A DNA stretch of 64,000 nt. It comes from a virus. The notes beneath the pieces are model-generated. The model did not search any database. It was not told where the DNA came from and saw only the letters and a list, made by a program, of their open reading frames with translations. Every line of letters begins with the position of its first letter. Position 1 is the stretch's first letter. Position numbers and translations under genes: made by a program. Location of the stretch: positions 1 through 64,000 of the IMG/VR virus record IMGVR_UViG_3300009009_000003. One strand, written 5' to 3'. Below are positions 46,106 through 56,734 of this stretch, piece by piece.

Positions 46106-46133
46106 ATTATAACATAGTTTAGAGTAAAGTCAA
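46106..46133 (-). promoter_or_regulatory. Sigma70-type promoter TTGACT-N16-TATAAT with TG extension
   Basis: Read directly upstream of the GAGGTG RBS of 46085. Confidence 0.7.
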
Positions 46134-46142
46134 TAGATTTTT

Positions 46143-47078
46143 TTACTTGATGCAAGATAAAAGACATGCTGCTGATAGACCTGCTTTCCCTGAATAAATA
46201 AAACTATCGGTAAAGTTTAGAATTATGGATGTAATGAACTCCGCTTTCTTTTCATTACTAGATAGTAGTACTTTATTCAAATAACCAAGAATGGCATATC
46301 TGGCTGCTTCTGCTTCTCCATTATATCCACTTAATATATTTCTTATTTTGTCCCATTTTTCTGATGGGTTTTCTGTGGATATGAGTGCTCGGCAAATATC
46401 AATGGATAGATTCTCTCTTGTTACTACATGGGAAATACATTTAATTGCTTCTTCTTCAGATTCAATATCAATTACTGAATCAAGTAATGACAACGCCCTT
46501 CCGAAAGAACCTTCACAAGAAGCGGAGATTTCCTTCAGAAGATTGTTTAGTGGGTCATTAATTCCCTCCTTCTTTAATATTCTTTCTAATCCTTTTATTA
46601 TTGTTTCTCTGTCTAACAACTCCAATTCCCCACAAAAGCACCTTCGTTTTATAGTGATCTTAATCTTTTCGGGTTCAGTGGTGGAGAGTACATACAGAAC
46701 ATGCTTAGGTGGCTCTTCTAGCATAAGCAGAAGGGACTCTTGTGCAGCTCCAGTAATCTGGTGACACTCATCAAGCAAGTATAGTTTGTACTTCCCCATA
46801 ATAGGTTTATAAGCAGTGCTTTCCCCAATTTCTCTTATTGTGTCAATCCCCCTTGTATTGGCTGCATTGTAAATAAAAAAATCACAATCAGCTATCTTAA
46901 AAAAGTTTTTTAATATGTAGGCCATTGTTGTCTTGCCACATCCTGAAGGGCCACTAAAGAAATACGAGTGTGGAACATCCTCCTTTCTATTCAAAACGGA
47001 AGTAAGGCTTGCTTTTGTTTTTTCATTTCCAATTAATTCAGTGTATGTTTTTGTTCTGTACTTTGTTTGCAAAGGCAT
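46143..47078 (-). CDS. Clamp loader, DnaX (gamma/tau)-like AAA+ ATPase
   Basis: KYRT..LIGN, GPSGCGKTT, LDECH, LEEPP, STTEPEKI, RC motif. Confidence 0.9.
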   Translation of the reverse strand: MPLQTKYRTKTYTELIGNEKTKASLTSVLNRKEDVPHSYFFSGPSGCGKTTMAYILKNFFKIADCDFFIYNAANTRGIDTIREIGESTAYKPIMGKYKLYLLDECHQITGAAQESLLLMLEEPPKHVLYVLSTTEPEKIKITIKRRCFCGELELLDRETIIKGLERILKKEGINDPLNNLLKEISASCEGSFGRALSLLDSVIDIESEEEAIKCISHVVTRENLSIDICRALISTENPSEKWDKIRNILSGYNGEAEAARYAILGYLNKVLLSSNEKKAEFITSIILNFTDSFIYSGKAGLSAACLLSCIK

Positions 47079-47311
47079 GTGTTCTCCTCAGTTCCTTCAT
47101 TTAAAACAGAAACAAACGCAGTATCACACTTTGGACACAATAAAGTGAATTCTGGGTCACTGTCAGTTAGTTTTTGGATTAAAATTAGATTGTCATCTTT
47201 ACATTCATAACATATTCCTTTTGTTCTGCTTACTCGATACTCTCTGGATTGACAAAAATCAATTGTTTCGTCATCCATTAAATCAAAAACCATTCCACTG
47301 AGACTATTCAT
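47033..47311 (-). CDS. Small Zn-ribbon protein
   Basis: CYEC..LCPKC. Confidence 0.5.
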   Translation of the reverse strand: MNSLSGMVFDLMDDETIDFCQSREYRVSRTKGICYECKDDNLILIQKLTDSDPEFTLLCPKCDTAFVSVLNEGTEENTCLCKQSTEQKHTLN

Positions 47312-47326
47312 TTTATCACCTCCTTT

Positions 47327-49867
47327 CTATTTCTTTCCATACCATCCTTCGTTTATGTCTGTGATTTCAAATTCAATTTCTAAAGGAACTATTATCCAAG
47401 GGTTTTTCTTTATCAATTGATCAGTTCCCATGTACTTTATTATTTCTATAATTTCATCTTTTTCGGGTGGGAATAAGTCAATTACAATGGAATCGTGTAT
47501 TTGCCCCACTATCTTCGATTTATAATTTCTTTTGGTTATTTTCTTATTCACATGAATTAAAGTCCAAAGAAGACAGTGAAAAGCAGTTCCTTGTATAGGA
47601 TAATTTGTTACATCATTATATTTCATGTAGCCTGTAAACTCAAACCCAAAGAATGTTTTTATCCTACCGGTTCTTCTATACAAAGAATTTATGTTTTCCT
47701 TCCACATATCATAAACACAAAAACGTTCCCCCCAAAATATTCTTTCACACTTCTTGCAGTGTTCTAAAAAAAGCTCTAAAGATGTTATACCTTTAGTTTT
47801 CAGATGATCTTTTACAGTAGAACCAGATTTAAACTTTAGATTTAAAACCGCCATCCATATGTTTGTCCCACACTCTTTCCAATAGCTGCCGTAGAATTGT
47901 GGGAAAGTCCAACCATTTTTGCCATAGAACCTTATTTCTTTTGTAATCTCCTCTGGTTTGATCATAAACAAATCACAGCAAACGTCCCTATGCATATCAG
48001 TGGTTGGATCTTTTATATATTTAATCATATTTGGATCTTTGTGATAACAAACAGAAATACGAACTTCTATTCCAGAGTAATCTGCTTCCAGTATTTGGTT
48101 TCCTGGAGTTGGAATAATTCCGGATCTAACAATTTTCTTTGCTTCTTCTTCTCTAACAGGGATGTTTTGAAAATTTGGTTTTGAAGAACTTGACCTGTAT
48201 GATTTTGGATTCACTAAGTCAAAACAAGGGTGTATTTTACCATTACACACTTCTCTTTTAAACTGTGCTAAATAGGTTCCCTTTGTTTTCTCCAACCTTC
48301 TTAATTCCAAAAGCTTGTTTCCTGTTGGAAACTTACTGGCTATCTTTTCTATAGAATTTTTATCTAATGATAAATTTCCTTTTTCAGTATATCTTTTGCC
48401 TGCTCCCACTATTTCATAAAACAGAAATCCCAAATCTTTAGATGCCCCCCAATCAATCTTCTTATGCTTTATTTCAAAAAATTTCTTTGCTTCCACAGAA
48501 TCGTTTAGTTCGTTCTTTAAATTTTCTATTCTTATGGAAAGTTCAATATCAGCTTTATTAAAGTACTCTTCATCTACACAAATTCCGTTATACTCACAAT
48601 CAGCAAGTGCAATTTGACCTTCAATAAACAAATCGGTTGCCGATGCCCAATCAGCATCTTGATATTTACTGTGCAATTTATAAAGTTCTCTACTGTAGAA
48701 AGTATCAAGTGCATTATATCTGAGCAGCTTATCCAATGGTATTTTATCAACTGAATTAAATTCTGCCCCTTCTAAAAAATCTTCTACTTCTTTATTGTAT
48801 GGTCGAACACCAAAGTTTAAATAGGTTTGGAATTTCAGATCACAAAACTTTTGTCTGTTGTCAATGCATCTTGCCCCGATCATGGTGTCCCATTCCCAAT
48901 CTAATTTCTCAACACCAAGAATACATCTTGCCCAATTATGTTCAAACTTTAGGTTGTGTGCAACCAACCTTTTGGACTCCATTATATTCTTTAAATAGAG
49001 TTTTATTTCTTTTGTTTCAGCCTCAGAGAAATAGTTTCGATAATTAATTGGAAAAGAATACACATTGCCCTGTAGATTTGCTAGGGAAACTGATGCTATG
49101 AAGTGTCCTGATCTATAAGGCCGTAGTCCTGAAGTTTCAAAATCAATAAATAAAGGGGAGTTTACATTAAGTATTTCTTTTAAAGCATTGATTATTTCAT
49201 TAAATTGATATAATTCAAAAATAACATTATCTGTTTTTGGTTCAGGTTTTATTTTTTCTCTTAGATTTAAAGAAGCTTCTTTTAGATCATGGATAAAGCA
49301 AGATAAAAGATTTTCATCATTTTCGTTTCTCATTATAAATGATGGGTGAAATAATACATTAACAATGGAGTTAGTTTTCCTATCAGGTATAGTTAATCCT
49401 CTAAATCTGGATATGGAAGTATCCTTAAAATCTTCACCAAGAAATGATTCTAAGGAAACATTTCCCAGAAGCCATATCTTTTCAGGTTGTAATTTTTCAA
49501 TTATATTATTTACAAATGGTCGGCAATACTTTATGTGGTCATCCGTGGGGGTTTCACTTTTTCCTGGATAACAATTTACAGCATTAATTTTCCAAAAATC
49601 TCTATCTAAATCCAGTCCAATTGATTTAAGTTTACTTCTTAAAAACTCTCCAGCTCTTCCTATTAGCTGAGTTCCCAATCTATCTTCATTTTCTCCAGGT
49701 GCTTCAGCAATTATCAAACATTTTTTCTCCCCCCTTCCTGTATAGTTCATTTTGGGGGTGATACAGGTGTGGAGTAATCCACACCTGTAGCAGTTAGAAT
49801 TATTATCAGGATCAAAATTTTCCTTGGACCATTCTTCCATTTGTTTTTTGGTAAATAAAGAATTCAC
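47327..49867 (-). CDS. Family A DNA polymerase with N-terminal family-4 UDG-like domain and 3'-5' exonuclease
   Basis: CYRCGL..C, EAPGENED..G..GRAG, HPS (UDG4); IDFETSG, HNLKFE, YNALD (exo); PNFQNIP, ADYSGIEVR, NYPIQGTA, QIHDS (PolA). Confidence 0.92.
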   Translation of the reverse strand: MNSLFTKKQMEEWSKENFDPDNNSNCYRCGLLHTCITPKMNYTGRGEKKCLIIAEAPGENEDRLGTQLIGRAGEFLRSKLKSIGLDLDRDFWKINAVNCYPGKSETPTDDHIKYCRPFVNNIIEKLQPEKIWLLGNVSLESFLGEDFKDTSISRFRGLTIPDRKTNSIVNVLFHPSFIMRNENDENLLSCFIHDLKEASLNLREKIKPEPKTDNVIFELYQFNEIINALKEILNVNSPLFIDFETSGLRPYRSGHFIASVSLANLQGNVYSFPINYRNYFSEAETKEIKLYLKNIMESKRLVAHNLKFEHNWARCILGVEKLDWEWDTMIGARCIDNRQKFCDLKFQTYLNFGVRPYNKEVEDFLEGAEFNSVDKIPLDKLLRYNALDTFYSRELYKLHSKYQDADWASATDLFIEGQIALADCEYNGICVDEEYFNKADIELSIRIENLKNELNDSVEAKKFFEIKHKKIDWGASKDLGFLFYEIVGAGKRYTEKGNLSLDKNSIEKIASKFPTGNKLLELRRLEKTKGTYLAQFKREVCNGKIHPCFDLVNPKSYRSSSSKPNFQNIPVREEEAKKIVRSGIIPTPGNQILEADYSGIEVRISVCYHKDPNMIKYIKDPTTDMHRDVCCDLFMIKPEEITKEIRFYGKNGWTFPQFYGSYWKECGTNIWMAVLNLKFKSGSTVKDHLKTKGITSLELFLEHCKKCERIFWGERFCVYDMWKENINSLYRRTGRIKTFFGFEFTGYMKYNDVTNYPIQGTAFHCLLWTLIHVNKKITKRNYKSKIVGQIHDSIVIDLFPPEKDEIIEIIKYMGTDQLIKKNPWIIVPLEIEFEITDINEGWYGKK

Positions 49868-49868
49868 T

Positions 49869-50924
49869 TTACTCCTCCGTCATCAATGCAACAAGAACGG
49901 TGAGTTTTTTGTTATCATCACAGAAATAAGCCGTGTTATTTGATATTGACAATTTAAAGGAATGGGTGTTTTTAATTACCTTTTGAAGATATGTTTTGTT
50001 TACTATTATATTAATATCATTATCAGGGTCACTTTCCATTTCCAAAACAGATTCAAGTGAACCTGCTTCACCAGATGAAGCCAGCATTTTTATTTTGTTT
50101 TCTTCTTTGATTAATCTTATTCCGTGGTCTTTATCAAAGAAGGATAAGAATGGGTTGAGTGCTTTTGTGAATTCATCTTTATTAAATTTATACACATGAG
50201 CGAAAAAATTATCCTCTTTTAGTAAAGAGGCGACATTTGGAAATTTTCCATTTACCAATCGAACAGCATAATACCCCAAATCACCGCATAAATAAAGAAT
50301 TGATTTATCTTTAACAAAGTAAGAGGAAATGGATTTTCCTTTGTCCATACTATATAGGGAAAACAGAATTTCAGAAGGAACCAATAGTTCCTCTTCAAAA
50401 ATAATATTGTCTATGTTGTATATACTAAACACTTTTTCATTTGTTGACTCAATTTTGTTTTCATAAATGTGGTAGTTGTTAAGTGTGCCCTTAATTGGAT
50501 CGTTTGTGGTAGATGCACAGCACAGATACACACCATTCCAAAAATCTTCAGGTAAACTAATTCTACAACCTTCAGCAAATCCTTTTTGACATGTGGCAAC
50601 TGCTTCATAAAATAAATCTGAGCATAGTAAGGTGGGGAGCTTTGCTTTGATAGAGGATGCTTTTATTATAAGTTCATTTCCATTTAATGATATATCCATT
50701 TCACTATCGGCAATATTAGAGATTATGGAAAAAAACCTATCACAGTTAACAGCACAATCAAACCCTAAGTTTATTTTCTCTTCACCGTAAACAAGATAAT
50801 TAAAATAATAAATCTTATCAGTACACAGATTAATACACTTGGTTTCCTCAGAAACACCAAAACCTTTAATGCCAGAACGTAACTTTTTGACTATGTTTTT
50901 AACTTCTTCTGTTTTTACAATCAT
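49869..50924 (-). CDS. Sliding clamp (DnaN/beta-like)
   Basis: 351 aa, three-domain pattern incl. STN..FS, LLVP, RLVNGKFPNV; next to polymerase and clamp loader. Confidence 0.7.
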   Translation of the reverse strand: MIVKTEEVKNIVKKLRSGIKGFGVSEETKCINLCTDKIYYFNYLVYGEEKINLGFDCAVNCDRFFSIISNIADSEMDISLNGNELIIKASSIKAKLPTLLCSDLFYEAVATCQKGFAEGCRISLPEDFWNGVYLCCASTTNDPIKGTLNNYHIYENKIESTNEKVFSIYNIDNIIFEEELLVPSEILFSLYSMDKGKSISSYFVKDKSILYLCGDLGYYAVRLVNGKFPNVASLLKEDNFFAHVYKFNKDEFTKALNPFLSFFDKDHGIRLIKEENKIKMLASSGEAGSLESVLEMESDPDNDINIIVNKTYLQKVIKNTHSFKLSISNNTAYFCDDNKKLTVLVALMTEE

Positions 50925-51371
50925 GTTAATTACCTTTCTGTAAAACTTCTTTTTTGTTTCGTTCTATTATTGCCATTGTGTATTCAAAATCCTTAATAAG
51001 GTTTCTAATTGGGGATATTGCTTCACGCCTTCTTATTTCAACCTCAACATCATCACAAGAAATCTTTACGGGACTGTTTAGATTGTTTTCTCTTATCAAA
51101 GCAAGCTGGTTTACAATTTTCTGATATTCTTTTAAATCAGCATCCATTTTATTTATTTTATCCATGAATCCCATTTTGTTCCTCCTTTATAGTTTCTGAT
51201 AAAATTCTCAATCGTTTCGACCATCTGTCAACATCCATTTCCTCTATTTTTGTTTCTACTTCATCCAGAAAATCCTCAAATTGTTTTAAGAAAACCATTA
51301 TATTATCTTTTCTTTTTACTAATGGTTTTCTATTTAAAAACTCAGTGATGGAATCACTTTTGCCGTATAAA

Positions 51372-51803
51372 TCATAAGAAAAATTTGTTTTCTTTTTTAT
51401 CATTTGTTTGTTCCTTTTTAGGGGTTAGTTTTAAAAATTCCAAAACTCTTTTGTCAAAGATACAGAACAGTTGACTGGAATAGAGAGGGCTTAAAATGGA
51501 CATAAATTCAGGAATGTATGTTTCTTTCTTCCAGTCAACATTTACATTAACAAAATCAAAACCCCTTCGTTTAAATACTTTCATTGCTCTGGATAAAGCA
51601 ATAAATTTGCCTATCCACCTGTTTTCATTATCTTTATTACTTTTTCTTGAATATCCAAAGCACAGCTCTTCAGTGGGTCTTTTTATGTAGATAACGGCTA
51701 CAGTGGTGTTTCCAAAACGTCTTATTCGCAACTTACTTTCCGGACAAATTTTCTCCATATGCTCTTTCATCTTTTTATACTTCAATTTGTAATTTTGCGT
51801 CAT
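51372..51803 (-). CDS. Hypothetical phage protein
   Basis: GYSRKS.KD..NRWIGKFIALSRA motif. Confidence 0.55.
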   Translation of the reverse strand: MTQNYKLKYKKMKEHMEKICPESKLRIRRFGNTTVAVIYIKRPTEELCFGYSRKSNKDNENRWIGKFIALSRAMKVFKRRGFDFVNVNVDWKKETYIPEFMSILSPLYSSQLFCIFDKRVLEFLKLTPKKEQTNDKKENKFFL

Positions 51804-51813
51804 ATTAACCCCT

Positions 51814-53319
51814 TTAATTAAAATCAGAATCCAAATGCGCCTGACCTATGGTTAGTTGTTGTAAAACTGTTACCGAGTCCGTTTCCATAAAATCTTTGTG
51901 CCTATGTGCCATTACGGAAATCCTCATTATACCAAAATCTTTTTCTTCTCTTGTTTGGTTCAAAGCAAGCATACAGTCAATGTGTCCTAATTTTCCTTTC
52001 CATCTTGCTGTGTGTTTTTGGGTTACTACAATGGCTTCCAGTGAATCTCCTGTAGCTTGGGTTCCTGTTACTACCAAACAATTTCTTTGTGAAGCAAGTC
52101 TAGCCAAAGCCATCCATGTTTCATCCTCCTTTAATACTCCAGTAAGTTCATCTCTTTCGGGTTTAAGAATATCAGCATGGTCAACAGCAATTAACTTGGG
52201 TACATATCCCTCAGTTTTTTCTAAGATATCCAAATCCCTTTCTAAATCAGAAATGTTTGCTGAAAATCGTGGGTAGGCTTTCATTCGATAGTACTTACTA
52301 AAAAACTGCTCTATTCCGGACATCTTGTTTATAATTGTGCTTTCATTGTATTCTGGGACATTAATTTCATCATACCATATATCTGGCTCAAATTCTGAAT
52401 GGTTAATAGTTCTGCAATAGTCGCATGTTTTGTATCGTATATCTCTGGAATATGTAGGTTTTGTTCCATCTGGATTAAGAAGAATTCTGTCATTGGTTCT
52501 TTCCGGAAGTTTACAAGAACCCGATTGGTTTTTGGCACAATCAAAAACAGGATACAAAACAGATTCCGAGTTCTCAGATGATGGTACCAACCTCTTATAA
52601 AATCTTTCCTTCATCTGCTCAATGGTCATTTCAAGAGAAAAGAATACTACAGGCAGTCTGGAAAACATCCCCATGATACAAAACTCTTGAAGGTAAAATG
52701 TTTTTCCTCTTTTATAAGGTCCGGTAATACCAACAAGCCATCCTGCTTCAAATGGACCGACAAAGTTCCCCAACATCCCAGGTAATTTTAAAAGGGGTTC
52801 TGTTTTATGGTCGAAGTGCTTCTGTATTTCTTTGCTTTCAAGCGGATTAATCCAATTTGAAGTGATCTTTGATATTTTTTTAAAAGCCAAAGCTTCATCT
52901 TCAGCCTTTTCCAATTGATCTTCTTCAAGAAGGATTTTTATGTTATTGGCTCTTATTTCTAAATCACGTTTTTTGAAATAGTTGATTGTTTGGTCTGTTA
53001 AATAATTAATATTTATTGATTTTTCTATGTAATTACTTTCATCGAGTTCAATTAGGATTTTTTTAATAGCTTCCTTTTGATCTTCAGATAAAAGGTGTTC
53101 TCTTTCATAGAATAAATCAAAAATATCATCTTTTATACAATCATCATATTCCAGAAAGTGGTCGTAGCACCAACACACCATCCTCTTGACATGGTCATCT
53201 CTGAAGTAGATTGGTTTCAATATTGACGTTACATTATTAGTAAACTCCTTTGATAGAATTAGGCCAAATAGTATCCTTTTCTCTAAGGATGTGTCTACCT
53301 TTACCCTTTTTATGCTCAT
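51814..53319 (-). CDS. Replicative helicase (DnaB/gp41-like SF4)
   Basis: GPYKRGKT, FFSLEM, AVDHADIL, VVTGTQ. Confidence 0.85.
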   Translation of the reverse strand: MSIKRVKVDTSLEKRILFGLILSKEFTNNVTSILKPIYFRDDHVKRMVCWCYDHFLEYDDCIKDDIFDLFYEREHLLSEDQKEAIKKILIELDESNYIEKSININYLTDQTINYFKKRDLEIRANNIKILLEEDQLEKAEDEALAFKKISKITSNWINPLESKEIQKHFDHKTEPLLKLPGMLGNFVGPFEAGWLVGITGPYKRGKTFYLQEFCIMGMFSRLPVVFFSLEMTIEQMKERFYKRLVPSSENSESVLYPVFDCAKNQSGSCKLPERTNDRILLNPDGTKPTYSRDIRYKTCDYCRTINHSEFEPDIWYDEINVPEYNESTIINKMSGIEQFFSKYYRMKAYPRFSANISDLERDLDILEKTEGYVPKLIAVDHADILKPERDELTGVLKEDETWMALARLASQRNCLVVTGTQATGDSLEAIVVTQKHTARWKGKLGHIDCMLALNQTREEKDFGIMRISVMAHRHKDFMETDSVTVLQQLTIGQAHLDSDFN

Positions 53320-53321
53320 AC

Positions 53322-55118
53322 TTACCTTTGTGCATAAATGGACATTCTAGGACTTGTTTTTTCACTACTCATTATCATGTTTTTGTTCAGCCAACTAGGT
53401 ATTCTTTGTGAGAATGTATATGGTGAACACAAAACACCTGTTGTTACTTGTTTAAGTTTCTCATCACTAATAACAGAGGAAAATAAGATAGTTGCAGCTT
53501 TTTTTGGAGTATCAATATACAAAGGTTTAATTAATGTTTTGTTTTTTTCAATAAATTCTGTAAGTAAGTTTCCTGTTTTAATAAAATTATTTTTATCTAG
53601 CTGAGAAAAATCTACGGAAGCTCCACCAAGTATTTTTTCCACAAATAGTTTTTTTATCTCATTCGTAATTTCAGGATTCGTTTCTATTAGTTCCGGTTCC
53701 ATTGGCTGCGGTTCGTTTTCAAAATAGTAAATAAACAGTGATTTTGTAGTTGTTCCGTTTGAATAGATGGATAGAAGAAATTTGTCTAAAGTTCTGTAAG
53801 AGTTTAGTTTTACTTTATTTTCTGGTTTATACTTATCTGATAAGGCTTTTTCAAAGTTTTCTGCTGAGATGATGAAGTCTTCTAAGGTAAATTTATTGTT
53901 ATAGTATCGTTTAAATTCAGGTAAGCTGTTGAATAATGTTCCTTTTTGCAATCTTTTTAGGTATGTGAGAGTAGTTTGATAAGATTTGGTTTCCGTTCCT
54001 GGTAGTTTAAATCCTTTGCTGATCCATACGTTTATGAAATTTTTTAAAGAGTCAGAAATAGGCTTAGAATCAATTTTCTCATCGTTATTGGTGTCAAGTG
54101 TAGTGTCTGTGATAGTTTTTTGAAATTTGGCCGGTTTCCGTTCGTTTTTAAGGGGTTCAGGATTAATGTCAAGGTCACTTTTTACGTTTTGGTTTAAATT
54201 ATCGCCCACGGGCACGTTTAAAATAGTCTGTTTAGTTTCGTCAAGGTTTGGTTTAGGCAACGTTTTGTCTTTTTTTAAATTATCTTTTTCTAAGTCATAA
54301 ATCGTTTCATCAAGGTTTGGTTTAGGCAACGTTTTATTGTTTTCTAAATTCTTGTCATTCTCCAATTTTTGTTCTGGCAATGTGTTATTTTCTTCTTTTT
54401 TGAGTTTTAAAAAATTTTTACAGTATTTACTTCGTAAATACATTTGGTGTAAAATACTAATATTATTATTAATACTTATAATTAAATATATATCTTTAGA
54501 TATATATTTAGTAAACGATTTTTGTAAGTCGTTGATTTTGCTTAGTATTTCTTCAGACTCAATTTTTTCGTCACTAAAAATGTTGGTCATTTGGCCAACT
54601 TTTTGGAAAATCAAGTTAAAGTCGTCGTAAGTATCTGAATTCCCTTCCTCTGGAAAGTTTCCAAAAAGAGACTTTTTGCCTGACCGGTACGTTTTTGGAC
54701 TAGTGGACACTTCTGTCAACCGGTACGTTTTTGTACCACCAACCGGTACGTTTTTGTACCACCAACCGGTACGTTTTTGGACTAGTTGACCGGTACGTTT
54801 TTGGACTAGTTGACCGGTACGTTTTTGGACCCCCTCTTGCTCTAACTTTTTGTTCAGTTCTTCTAAATTAACTCTATAGGATGTTGTTTTACCGTTTTCC
54901 AAATGGCGTTCAATTATATTAGAATCAATTAGATTATTAATAAGATTAATAACTGAGCTTTTATTTTTAATAAAACATATTTCTTTTATTTGGTTTAAAC
55001 TTAGGTGTAGGTAGTTTTCCCCACTAGGCAGGAGTGTTTGTATAAGGAGAGCTTCTCTCAATCCTACACCATTAGCTAGTTCTACATCGAAAGAAGTTAT
55101 GAGGGGATTTTTTTTCAT
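53322..55118 (-). CDS. Putative replication initiator/origin-binding protein (N-terminal wHTH)
   Basis: Winged-helix N-terminus (KSSVINLINNLIDSNIIERH..TSYRVN); internal iteron array; between primase and helicase. Confidence 0.65.
   Translation of the reverse strand: MKKNPLITSFDVELANGVGLREALLIQTLLPSGENYLHLSLNQIKEICFIKNKSSVINLINNLIDSNIIERHLENGKTTSYRVNLEELNKKLEQEGVQKRTGQLVQKRTGQLVQKRTGWWYKNVPVGGTKTYRLTEVSTSPKTYRSGKKSLFGNFPEEGNSDTYDDFNLIFQKVGQMTNIFSDEKIESEEILSKINDLQKSFTKYISKDIYLIISINNNISILHQMYLRSKYCKNFLKLKKEENNTLPEQKLENDKNLENNKTLPKPNLDETIYDLEKDNLKKDKTLPKPNLDETKQTILNVPVGDNLNQNVKSDLDINPEPLKNERKPAKFQKTITDTTLDTNNDEKIDSKPISDSLKNFINVWISKGFKLPGTETKSYQTTLTYLKRLQKGTLFNSLPEFKRYYNNKFTLEDFIISAENFEKALSDKYKPENKVKLNSYRTLDKFLLSIYSNGTTTKSLFIYYFENEPQPMEPELIETNPEITNEIKKLFVEKILGGASVDFSQLDKNNFIKTGNLLTEFIEKNKTLIKPLYIDTPKKAATILFSSVISDEKLKQVTTGVLCSPYTFSQRIPSWLNKNMIMSSEKTSPRMSIYAQR
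54683..54827. repeat. Six ACCGGTACGTTTTTG iterons (putative replication origin)
   Basis: Copies start at 54683, 54719, 54742, 54765, 54789, 54813; AT-rich tract nearby (~54400-54510). Confidence 0.8.
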
Positions 55119-55144
55119 AGGGTACTTTTTTTTGATTAAGTAAT

Positions 55145-55172
55145 ACTATAACACGCCTATAAAATTTTTCAA
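55145..55172 (-). promoter_or_regulatory. Sigma70-type promoter TTGAAA-N16-TATAGT with TG extension
   Basis: Upstream of the initiator gene. Confidence 0.55.
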
Positions 55173-56084
55173 CTAATAAATTTTAGAAAAAACGTCTTTT
55201 CTGATGTTTTTTACGTCTTCATCGGATAATTCGGCAGGGTCTTTTTTGTCTATTGTATAAATGTAAACATCTTTAACAAAAGAACAAAGGGAATTTGCTA
55301 GTTTATTGGATGCTTCTTCAGCATCAGAATCAAGTAATATAAATATCCTATTGATATTACTTAATTTTAAGATTTGTTCGGATGTGAACTTTTTTCCTAG
55401 TATAGCAACGCACCCTTTACCTATTCTCCATACGTCGGTTGTTCCCTCTACAACAATAGCTGTGTTTGTTATAGTGTCTATATTGTATAGACAGTCTTTT
55501 ATGTTTAGAACAGATTTTTCATTTGGACAGTTTTTATATTTTGTTACCCCAATAAAATTTCCAGGTGTTCTACCAATGTAAGATACTAGATTGTGATGAT
55601 AATAAATGGGAATATAAATTCTGTTTTTGAATCCCATTGATGATGGAGGAAAGGATGCAATTTTATAATCCATTTTTAATTTATTAACGTCAAATCCACG
55701 TGATTCCAGATAATCTGAATGGATATTTGTAAGGGGGATTGTTTTTGGAATTTCAAATTCTTGTCTATTTTCCAATTCTTCTTTAAAGGATTGAAGTTCC
55801 CCAGAGGAATAGGATGAGATAATTTTCTTGGCTTTTTCATATGAGCATCGTTCAATATTTTTTATGTACTTAAGGAAGCTGCCCCTTGTGTTGCATCTCC
55901 AGCATGAGATGTTTCCGCTATAAAGATTAATTCCCAAGTGACTTGATGGGTCTCCATCAGGACAAAAAGGACAGTTAACGCCGATCCAATTATTGGATGA
56001 TATGTTTTTTCCTTCGGTAAGAAAGAGAATTCTTTTGTCATTTAAGTATTTTTTTACGTCTATTTTTTCTATCAGCACATTCAA
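55173..56084 (-). CDS. DNA primase (Zn finger + TOPRIM)
   Basis: CPFC..HLG..CWRC; RIYIP, YIGR, KYKN, VVEGTTD, LDSD. Confidence 0.88.
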   Translation of the reverse strand: MNVLIEKIDVKKYLNDKRILFLTEGKNISSNNWIGVNCPFCPDGDPSSHLGINLYSGNISCWRCNTRGSFLKYIKNIERCSYEKAKKIISSYSSGELQSFKEELENRQEFEIPKTIPLTNIHSDYLESRGFDVNKLKMDYKIASFPPSSMGFKNRIYIPIYYHHNLVSYIGRTPGNFIGVTKYKNCPNEKSVLNIKDCLYNIDTITNTAIVVEGTTDVWRIGKGCVAILGKKFTSEQILKLSNINRIFILLDSDAEEASNKLANSLCSFVKDVYIYTIDKKDPAELSDEDVKNIRKDVFSKIY

Positions 56085-56526
56085 ATTCCTTTTGTCTAAG
56101 TACTTCTCTTATGTTTCCCAAAGTTACTTTTTTGTTTGTCTCTTTTTGAATAGACCAGTTTTTAACCTTGCTTTCTCTTATATCTGCTGCTCTGGCCATT
56201 TGTGGCAGTGACCACCCACAAATTTTTAAACCTTCTATGCATTTTGTTACTGATACTTTGGGGTTATTGGTAAACGCTTTCAAAAATTTTCTCTTGTCCG
56301 GAGTAAGTTTAGGGTACTTTTTATATTTGCCCAAAGGTCTTACTTTGATTTTTACATCTTTCAACCATCCTGTTAAAAGATATGTAGAAACACCCAACAA
56401 CTCTGCTATTTCCGGAATACTCATTTCTTTGTATAGTTTTTTTAAGCAGGAAGCCAGTGATCTATATCCTAATTCATCGGCTTTGCGTGTGGCTCGTAGG
56501 AAGTTGCTGCTGTTAATTAATTTCAT
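56038..56526 (-). CDS. HTH DNA-binding protein
   Basis: MSIPEIAELLGVSTYLLTGWL and a second HTH-like SLPQMARAADI. Confidence 0.65.
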   Translation of the reverse strand: MKLINSSNFLRATRKADELGYRSLASCLKKLYKEMSIPEIAELLGVSTYLLTGWLKDVKIKVRPLGKYKKYPKLTPDKRKFLKAFTNNPKVSVTKCIEGLKICGWSLPQMARAADIRESKVKNWSIQKETNKKVTLGNIREVLRQKEFECADRKNRRKKILK

Positions 56527-56734
56527 GATCTAAATCTTGTCTTTTTTTGAACATCTTTTCCGTCTACAACACACAAATATATCTGCTCATTGCATTTATA
56601 AAAACCTGTGTTTTTTTGGGGATAAAAAACTCGATGCTTTTTTTTACAGACTACACAATCAATATATTTCTTTGGTTTTTCTATTTCTTTAGATTTTTCA
56701 AGTTCCTCTTTTGTGAGAAAGAAATAATTTGGTT

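Noticed and set aside
54683-54827. Possible mini-CRISPR array
   Set aside because: The repeat core is only 15 bp, intervening sequences are mostly 8-9 bp and duplicated, and the array lies in an intact ORF; iterons fit better.
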